Shown: one piece after another, positions 12,736 to 20,000 of the stretch
Layout: every line of letters starts with the position of its first letter
Position numbering within the stretch: position 1 is the stretch's first letter
Assembly (NCBI GenBank): GCA_010015585.1
Contig: ML975154.1
Length of the DNA stretch: 20,000 nt
Direction: 5' to 3' (one strand)
DNA from: Eremomyces bilateralis CBS 781.70
Lineage: Eukaryota
Program-made: the position numbers and the translations under genes
Notes under the pieces: generated by a model
Told to the model about the DNA's origin: nothing
Database searches by the model: none
Seen by the model: the letters and a program-made list of their open reading frames with translations, nothing else

Positions 12736-13085
12736 ACATCTTGCATCGCCTGATAATTGCAATGAGTACGACCTGCATGTGGGAAATCTAACGAAGTTAT
12801 GACCGTTCATCCATTTTTATTCAATGGTGTTGGTCCAGCTGCTGTGCTTTATCGGCTTTTTTTTTGCATGGGCGAACCTGGTGATGGGCTACGACATTTC
12901 GTGGATCAGGAGGTTGAAGCGAACATAGATGAGAGCATCCAGAACGCAACGTAAACCACAAAAAGGAAGATCGGGTTTATTCACAAAGGATTTGGTTATG
13001 GTCATGTAAAGTACGGACGGAAGTTAAATTGTGCAATACACCATTCGAGATTTCAGCTCCGTCGAAACCACCAGCAACTGTTACA

Positions 13086-13957
13086 TCAAGCTTTCGCCGC
13101 GAGTTCCTTCTGCTTCAACGCAGCGATCCTCTTTCTCGTTCCCTCAATAAGACCTTCCAGAGGGAAGTATTTGGTCAAGGTTGGCCTTGAGATCACTGCC
13201 TTCGCGTAGCGTGAGAACTTCGGCAGCTTCTCAAGATCTGCAATCAAGGACTTAGGGATGTGCTCCCCGTGTTCAGCGTATCCATATAATCGTGCGATAA
13301 ACGGACCAACTTGCGTCTATGTTGGCGCCATATGGTCAGCGATATATACCCACGGGTTTTCATTCGCAAAGGTGTATCCATAACGTCATACTTAACTCAC
13401 CTCAGCAAATGTGAACTCCTCGCTTCCACCGAAGAAAGGCCCCTGTCCTGCCTCCGGCAACAATGGCTCGATCTCCTTACGGATCACCTCTACCAACTCT
13501 TTAGCCTTCGCTTCCTTTGCTTCAGCGCCTTCCAGGAAGGCGATATTCCGCTGGTAGGAAGAGACCTTGTTATTGAAGGTGTCTACGAAGAAATTGATGC
13601 GAGCGCGAAGAAGCGGTGCCTCAGAGGAAGGCGGCAGAAGTCGCGAGGGGTGTGCATCAACCAGGAACTGGGAGACAGTGGCGGACTCGGTGAGGATCGT
13701 CGATGGGATCTTGGACGATTCATATTTAAGCGATGGGACAAGGCCGCGCTAAGAATCGTTAGCATGGGCTCATCGAACAAGCGTCATAGTTGTCGTACTG
13801 GGTTGACTTCCAAGTACCATGGCTCGCGTGGAACCTGCAGGTCGATTATGACCTGCTCGTATGGCAACCCAAGCTCTTCCAAAGTGGTGTGCGCGCGATG
13901 CGCGAACGGGCACAAATGGTTGGTATACAAAGTGATCTTGGGAGTTTCCGAAGCCAT
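13086..13957 (-). CDS. Glutathione S-transferase family protein (omega-like CPFA active site); exons 13957-13799, 13748-13401, 13316-13086; ~245 aa
   Basis: Manual translation gives MASETPKITLYTNHLCPFAHRAHTTLEELGLPYEQVIIDLQVPREPWYLEVNP|RGLVPSLKY...LTESATVSQFL...GPFFGGSEEFTFAE|TQVGPFIARL...KELAAKA*. Introns 13798-13749 and 13400-13317 have GT, CTRAC and TAG, both phase 0. Confidence 0.93.
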
Positions 13958-14047
13958 GGCTGTTAGATGGCTTTCCTAACTTTTCGATGAAAATTAAAGT
14001 ACTCTTGTCAGTGTGAAGTGCTTAATATGATCTGGACAGAGCTGCAA

Positions 14048-14054
14048 TTATATA
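14048..14054 (-). promoter_or_regulatory. Putative TATA box of the GST gene
   Basis: TATATAA on the minus strand, ~90 nt upstream of the GST ATG. Confidence 0.45.
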
Positions 14055-14478
14055 GATATCCAGCATTTCGCGAGGATATCTAGGAACTGGAAAGGGTCTC
14101 CGATATTCGCGCCATATCACACCATGAATGCGGGGGAAGGCCAATCGCAACTGCTGCCTCGTAACCCATTCTGCCTACAGTCTCGGATCGCCAAAATTCG
14201 AATATTGGTCAGCGGCAATGCATGAAACGCGTTAAGATACGAAGTGTGGGTGCATTTCGTAATGAAGGATGGTATCCCAAGGACAATCGGGTGGTTGTTC
14301 GATCCGGTGTGGAAGGAGCTGCTACTTGCTAACTAGAATACCTCCAAGGTAGTTAGTTATTATTAATAATTAATATTGCGTGCGACGCCCTCCCTGCTGC
14401 CTATAGACATGGGGAAGTATTAACTATTGGTGTACTTGATTAGCACGAGCATGCAATATTATTAATAATACTATATTT

Positions 14479-15101
14479 CTACAAACGCCAATCGATATTC
14501 CGTGCCTCGATTCCATGCTCTTGGATCTGCTTCTGAAGGAGTTGAAACCAATACTGTATATGTCCAAGATCCTCAGCGCGTAGGCGGTCGTCTTTGACTG
14601 GTTTTTGGTCGATAAGCGGAAGGGTGTGGCGCTTGATAAATTTGTATTTCCAGTTCTTACTAACGTGAGGTGGGTGCGTTGTATCGAAGGCGTTTCTTCG
14701 GAGTATAGAGTTGGCGCACGCTTCGATTTCTGTGGGCGTAGGAGGCGCTCCCCACTCATCAAGCTGATGGATCCAAGCTAGGAGAGCCTTTTCTTGTAGC
14801 TGATCGAGTTTGGTCGCTTGTACGAACGGAGAACGTTTGGTATAGGATGTTTTTCCTTTAAGGCGGCCTCGGAGGACAGGCCGGCTGATTTGGAACTCAC
14901 GCGCTAACGCTGAAACGCTAACCGATTTTCCTGCCTTTTTTTGCTCTGTAGCCTTCTTGAGTGCTTTCTGTATAGTCTCCTCTGAATATTTGACGCGTTT
15001 AGACATGTTTGGTGGTATAAATTTGAAGATGATGGTAAAATTGGACTTTTGGCGTGGGTTTGACTTTTGGTGTGGGAGCACCCACAACCGGAGGTTGTGG
15101 G
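14479..15101 (-). mobile_element. pogo/Fot1-type (Tc1-mariner superfamily) transposon 5' fragment; transposase ORF 15006-14479 truncated before the DDE domain
   Basis: ORF from ATG 15006 has an N-terminal HTH (YSEETIQKAL...SVSALAREFQISRPVLRGRLKG) and a CENP-B/Tc5-type HTH (KLDQLQEKALLAWIHQLDEWGAPPT...VSKNWKYKFIKRH). It continues IQYWFQLL...GIEARNI and breaks off where YNxDETG is expected. End-type repeats lie at 15044-15101. Confidence 0.88.
15044..15101. repeat. Direct repeats and hairpin at the pogo element end
   Basis: GACTTTTGGCGTGGG (15044-15058) and GACTTTTGGTGTGGG (15062-15076), 14/15 identical. Perfect inverted repeat CCCACAACC-gga-GGTTGTGGG at 15081-15101. Confidence 0.8.
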
Positions 15102-15249
15102 GCGGTCATGAGGCACGGATAACTGTATTCCGTCCTCTGTGGCTTGATCGATATCAGCCACTCGCAACTTTCGATAGGAGTGGTTGTATTTCACCCGCCA
15201 CGGATATCTCGATCACCTTTCCCTCTCTCCTTTCTTTCCTCTTTAGCTT

Positions 15250-16107
15250 AATTCTAGCGAATCAACCTGTTCAAATTACTCACTGAATAATTCAAGGTGT
15301 CATCGTTGCACATGCCATTCTTGGGATGCAGGAAGCGTACACCCCTCTTGTACTGAGAGCCATAATCCATGCTTCAACCAGTTCTGCCGAGTCGTTTTCC
15401 TGTCCTGTCTCGGCCAAAAAGTTGTTAATGAGTTTATATTACTACAGCCATATAGGACGGGCTGAAGTCGTCGACGCTCGGCATCAGCTAAGAGCTTTTC
15501 TAATGAGGGAGGTTGCAAGGTAGGCTGTTAATAATATGGAGCCGCAGTAACAGACACAGTAACAGACAACGGTAAGAGATAAAGGAGAAGGAATAGGATA
15601 AGATACTAGAATAGGGGCAGGGACTGACAAAGATACATAAGTGGTTATAAGATTCGTAGCTGGTGTAGATGTAGGAATTGGCATGGAAACAGGCGCAGGG
15701 CTGAGAAAAAGATAGAAGTCGTTACAGAAGTACCTGGTGCAGATGTAGGATCTGACACGGGAATAGAGGTGCATAGGTGCCGTAGGAAGTCAGCAAGTGA
15801 TTAATCCAAGGTTAAAATCGGGGGACAGAAGGCGGCACACGTCGTTCAAAAGCTGATGGATCTCTACGAGTTGAAGCCTCGTTCCTCCTCGGCGCACCTC
15901 TTGTTTAAGCAGGAAGCGGCTCGAGGATAGACTGGTATGACATTGGAGATAGGTATATTAACTGTCCTTGCTCACGTCGATAGCGCCAATCGTCGTAGAG
16001 GCAACGTAGTAGTAATGTTAATCCAGAATTCTTTATTTTTTGTAGCGTATGACGACATGGAAGACCATTTGTCTTCTCAGATAGGCCAGAACAAGGATTC
16101 TTTTGCA
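15250..16107 (-). mobile_element. Degenerate Mutator-like (MULE) transposase C-terminal remnant; left boundary approximate
   Basis: Minus strand reads QKNPCSGLSEKTNGLPCRHTL...DDWRYRRE...ILEPLPA*TRGAPRRNEASTRRDPSAFE: a SWIM-like C..GLPCxH finger plus the STRRDPSxFE motif of fungal MULE transposases. A Pro/Ser/Thr-rich tract and QPPSLEKLLADAERRR follow. Stops, frameshifts and TpA-rich sequence are present. Confidence 0.78.
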
Positions 16108-16920
16108 TTAAGCGTTCGCACCTCCATCAACGCCCCAGGAAGCTCCGCTGACAAAACTGCTCGCATCACTCAAGAGAAACGCAACGACCTCCGCAACTTC
16201 TTCTGGCTTTCCAAGGCGCGAAATTGGCGTATTTGGAGCAGGATCATCGGCACCACTGTCTTGAAGAATACGCAGCATCGGTGTGTCGATTGCGCCGCTG
16301 AAGGAACGGTCAGCGCATGCCGCCAGATGAAGGATGTATTATACTCACGGCATTACTGCGTTCACCCTGATATTTCGCTCTCCCGCCTCGATCGCCGCAC
16401 TCTTCACCATCCCAATTGCAGCATGCTTGCTAGCGCTGAACACCGCACCTTTGGGATATCCGCGCATCGAGAACATACTTGATATGTGGACAACACTACC
16501 AAACTCTTCCAAAACGCCAGGATTCAAGGACTCCCCTAAGACATGGAAGAGGCCTTTGACATTCACACCTATAATGTGTTCGAACTCCTCGTCCGTCGTC
16601 TCCCAAACCGTTTCGTTTCCTAGCTTGTGGCCTGCGACGCCGGCGATATTTGCAACTCCATCCAGCCTCCCGAAATGTTTCTTTGTTGTCTGAATGAAAC
16701 TGGCTACTGCGGATCGATCTGCAATGTCAATTGGTTCGGCGAGAACCCTCTTCTTCTGGTCGGATTCGAGGTTATGCACGACCTTTTCTAGGCTAGATCC
16801 GTTCAAATCGCAAAGACCCAGTGAAGCTCCGCGTGAGAGTAGTATTTTGGCAGTGGCTAAACCCATGCCAGAGGCGCTTCCGGTAACGATGAACACCTTC
16901 TCAGTGAGAGAGGACGCCAT
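16108..16920 (-). CDS. Classical short-chain dehydrogenase/reductase (FabG-like); exons 16920-16349 and 16297-16108; ~253 aa
   Basis: TGSASGMG Rossmann motif, [20 protein letters not shown] at the YxxxK position and [16 protein letters not shown]...[33 protein letters not shown]. The 51-nt intron 16348-16298 reads GTGAGT..GCTGAC..CAG, phase 2. Confidence 0.93.
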
Positions 16921-17559
16921 GGTGCGTTGCTATGCAGAAATCAAGAAATGGTGCGTGGGCAAAGGCAAAACCAGCCTAGGAGGATAAGAGAGGAAAAGCG
17001 TTAAATGGCTTTAGGAAATGCTCTACGCTCTTCATCTTTCTATAGTTGTCATAAGTGAAACACCCGCCCCACTGGCTAGCCCAACCTCCGGCCATATCCG
17101 GCAGGTGTAGATATCGCTTTCAAAGGGCAACGTGATAACAACACGATGATCCGTTCAATAGAATATCTTCAAGCGATTTGTGAGAAAATAGTGGTTCCAT
17201 ATGATCAGGTGACCTGGATACCCGGATTCAGCGGGAGAGCATTTTGGTTATCAAGAATTGAAGATGTTGATTGACCTTGTTCCTGATGAGCGTAAAACCT
17301 ACGAGAATACGCCAATCTTTAAGTTCTGCATACAATTGATGGCCGTGGAGACCTTGATCCCCTCAAAACGAGCGAAAAAGCAAAGAATGAGGGCTGGTAA
17401 TATCGCGGGATGCGTGATGCACTGTCATGGTTGGGAATACAGGGTCCATACCACCCAAAAACAAGCCATACTATGGTTACAGGCAAAAGTATTGTTAGCG
17501 CGGCGCTAATCAGGGGTGTCTAACCTAACCCGGTTTTGTTCATTCTTCCATTACTAATT

Positions 17560-17807
17560 GGATATAGATTTCACCATCTATTAGCCTGCTCATTCTCCGG
17601 ACCTGAATCCTATTGAGACAGTATGGAATTAGATGAAGGACTAGATCCAGGACCACTATGGGAAATTGGGGATGCCTGATTACCTTATGACCAGCTTCGG
17701 GGGGGAATTAACGATGCTTGGGAGGCTATACCAGAGGAATTCCTGTACGAGTTGTTGAATCGATGGGCCAGAGATGCCAGGATGTGATAGGCGCAAATGG
17801 AGGTTAT
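17560..17807 (+). mobile_element. Tc1-type (DD34E/DDE_3) transposase C-terminal remnant with RIP-like mutations
   Basis: *PAHSPDLNPIETVWN*MKD*IQDHY, then with frameshifts YDQLRGGINDAWEAIPEEFLYELL and SMGQRCQDVIGANGGY. This matches the WPxxSPDLNPIExxW...SMxxRxxxVIxAxGGxTKY consensus. TAG stops at 17582, 17630 and 17642 sit at Trp positions. Confidence 0.88.
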
Positions 17808-17850
17808 CCCTTCGGCCGCTGAAATAATGCCCCCTATCCTAGGATGGCAC
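17808..17850 (+). repeat. piggyBac left terminal inverted repeat
   Basis: CCCTTCGGCCGCTGAAATAATGCCCCCTATCCTAGGATGGCAC; 15 nt perfect match (17810-17824) plus an imperfect extension versus the right end. Confidence 0.92.
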
Positions 17851-17959
17851 GAACCATCCTGTACCGTAAATGATCACCCAATCAGAGCTCGTCGGTATCT
17901 CGTCGCGCAGTATCCAAATCGTGAGTACAAGGTAGAGTTATATCATTCTTCAATTAATA

Positions 17960-19882
17960 ATGTCGGGTAGGCCTTCTAAATGTGCCAAATTAGAGCCTAC
18001 AACACTGATTAAAGCAATTCCGGAGCCTCCAAGCTACGACCCGCTCCCATATCGCAACATTTCTCGATTACCAGCAATCCAGATCCCGGACGGGAATAAA
18101 ACAGACCCGTACAATCTCTTTAAGCTATTCCTTACTGATCAACACTTCCAAACGATCGCGGAGAATACCAATAAATATGCAAGAGCTAAGGAAGCAGGCA
18201 TTGCAGGGAAGCGAAGCTGGTGCCCTACGACAGCATCTGAAATTAAGGTCTTTATCGGGGTCTTCATCTACATGGGCGTAGTGCGCCTCCCTGCGTACGA
18301 AGACTACTGAAAATCTAAATTTGGCCGACATATATGCGCGGAAAACCTTAGTCTCAATAGGTTCGAAGACCTGAAGAGATTCTTCCATATCAGCCCTCCA
18401 GAAACGCCTCAAGAGGCTGTTCAGGAAGGAAATGATGACTCGGACGACGATGCACAAGAGAAGAGCCGGAATTGGTGGTATAAGCTTGATCCAATTGCTT
18501 CGGAGTTCCGGGAGAACTGTGCGCGTTATTGGAAGCCTGGGGTCAACGTCTCAATTAATGAGATGATGATTCGATTCTTTGGACGAAGCAAGCATATAGT
18601 TAAGGCTCCAAATAAGCCTATTAAGGAAGGCTATAAGATCTTCTCCCTTTGTGAAGCTGGCTATACATACGCCTTCGTATGGTCTTCAAAGTCCAAAAGC
18701 TACTGAGAGGTAGTAAAGCAGAAAGATCTCTCGTTGACTGAATCGATGGTATTCCAGCTTGCTCAACAACTTCCAAAAGATACGCCGCATGTTATTTACA
18801 TGGACAACTTCTTTACACGTGTTCCATTACTTCGGAAACTTCGAGAAACAGGAGTTGGAGCTTGCGGAACTACTCGACGGCACCCGGAGTTCCCTGCCTT
18901 TCTGATTAATCTTAAGGAGTACTGTTCTAAGCGTTTAGCGTGGAATACTACAGCTGCCATTGTCGCACGAAGGAAGATCAAGAAGGAACCGTCAGAGACT
19001 TCAAGAATATCACAAACTGCCTCCCAAGCTGCCTCCCAAGGAGCCTCGCAGACAAAGCGCGCAAAGCAGGAGCAGCAGGAGCAGCAGGAGGAGGATCCCT
19101 TAGATCCAGGTGTGATCTGCTTTGCGTGGCAGGACAATAATACTGTCCTCGCTTGCTCTACAGTCCATGATGATGGGGAGGAACAGACAATCGTTCGCTT
19201 AAGACGCCGCCCTGCACTTACGTCTACAAACGGACCTATTGTACGGAAGGTCTTCGCAAATAACGTACGAAAGAACCTTCCAATTCCTATCTTTATCGAC
19301 GACTATAACCACTTTATGGGAGGCGTCGATATAGCTGATCAGCTCCGCAGCTATTATTCTACGCAACGAATCTCCCTTCGCAATTGGTATCCTCTTTGGT
19401 TCTGGATCATCGATACATCAATCTTAAACGCCTATCTAATAGGACGACAGCTGCACGGACAACAGTATATGGATCATAAGAATTTCCGAGCAGAGCTATG
19501 GACACAGTTATTCCGATATTCAGAGGATGTCTTCAGAGAGCATAAGCTTGCTCAATTTGAACAGCGACTAGCCCAGACTTATGAGGCTCCGCAGGCCAAT
19601 CTACTACAGATACCCCTTGCAGAGCACAGGTTAATACCATTAACTGAGCAAGCTCGCTGCGTAGGCTGTCGGATGATCTTTTCTAGTACAAGAAAGCGCA
19701 AATTTGGAGACGTTCTTGATATTAATGGAGTACTTCGGAAAGACGTCGTTGAAGTTAACGGAGTACTTCGCAAGTCTCCTGGAAAGACGCTATTTGGCTG
19801 TAGTGTCTGCAATGTCCCTCTCTGTACAGATAGTGGCTGCTGGAATAACTATCATAGCAAGATATCGCGCTTTAAAGAATAG
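17960..19882 (+). pseudogene. piggyBac (DDE_Tnp_1_7/PGBD-type) transposase, ~640 codons in one frame, inactivated
   Basis: Motifs EIKVFIGVFIYMG, LSLNRFEDLKRFFHIS, WWYKLDP, VSINEMM (D1 position is N), PNKPIKEGYKIF, YMDNFFT (D2, 18803), WQDNNTV, YNHFMGGVDIADQLRSYY (D3, 19328) and a C-terminal CxxC..CxxC..C..C..H Cys-rich domain. In-frame TGA at 18308-18310 and 18704-18706, no frameshift. Confidence 0.92.
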
Positions 19883-19959
19883 TATCTAGTATCATGGAGA
19901 GCGAGCAATATCTACTACAGCGACATCTGATTGGGCGGCTGCCCCCTGTATGTTGGTAT

Positions 19960-20000
19960 GTGCCACCCTAGGCTAGGGGGCAATGTTTCAGCGGCCGAAG
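19960..20000 (-). repeat. piggyBac right terminal inverted repeat, cut by the window edge
   Basis: Reverse complement CTTCGGCCGCTGAAACATTGCCCCCTAGCCTAGGGTGGCAC has 4 mismatches to 17810-17850. Confidence 0.92.

Larger units (their letters stand above)
17808..20000 (+). mobile_element. piggyBac-superfamily DNA transposon, essentially full length (~2.2 kb; final GG predicted just beyond the window)
   Basis: Begins CCCTTCGGCCGCTGAAA at 17808. Nt 17810-17850 match the reverse complement of 19960-20000 at 37/41 positions. The TIRs enclose a piggyBac-type transposase frame. Confidence 0.93.

Noticed and set aside
13311..13979. 222-aa plus-strand ORF
   Set aside because: Antisense shadow of the spliced GST; TTG start and no recognisable domain.
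16106..16110. TAATG stop-start overlap as programmed reinitiation
   Set aside because: The downstream ORF is a decayed internal MULE fragment ending at a premature TAA; the ATG is probably incidental to the junction.
15937..16482. 181-aa plus-strand ORF
   Set aside because: Antisense to SDR exon 2, its intron and the MULE remnant; no independent support.
10988..16920. Transcription factor + GST + SDR as a secondary-metabolite or detoxification cluster
   Set aside because: No backbone enzyme or transporter is present, and Xbp1-like APSES factors are general regulators rather than cluster-specific ones.
17495..17509. TTAGCG-cgg-CGCTAA hairpin as a Helitron 3' end
   Set aside because: Short stem, no clear CTAG terminus and no Helitron coding sequence.
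17520..17531. Telomere-like CTAACCTAACCC
   Set aside because: Only about two imperfect units; not a (CCCTAA)n array.
1..20000. CRISPR arrays, tRNA/rRNA genes, LTR or Starship captain sequences
   Set aside because: No spaced repeats, RNA-gene signatures, reverse-transcriptase or tyrosine-recombinase motifs were seen by eye.

Overview
Filamentous ascomycete (Pezizomycotina-type) genomic DNA with short GT-AG introns, in two parts. The left ~14.3 kb holds ordinary genes: the 3' part of a SNU23/ZMAT2-like spliceosomal zinc-finger gene, a 4-exon DNA topoisomerase II gene, a ~4.1 kb gene-poor interval, a 3-exon Xbp1-like APSES transcription factor, and a 3-exon CPFA-type glutathione S-transferase on the minus strand that the ORF track misses. 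From ~14.3 kb the sequence becomes a cluster of four DNA-transposon types: a pogo/Fot1 5' fragment, a Mutator C-terminal remnant, a Tc1-type remnant with RIP-like stops, and an essentially complete ~2.2 kb piggyBac-family element. The piggyBac has 37/41-identical TIRs and appears inserted at TTAT rather than TTAA, in the last codons of the Tc1 remnant. Inside this cluster is an intact 2-exon short-chain dehydrogenase whose catalytic Tyr is Phe and whose stop codon directly abuts Mutator coding sequence. All family calls rest on motif recognition and hand translation; no database search was run.
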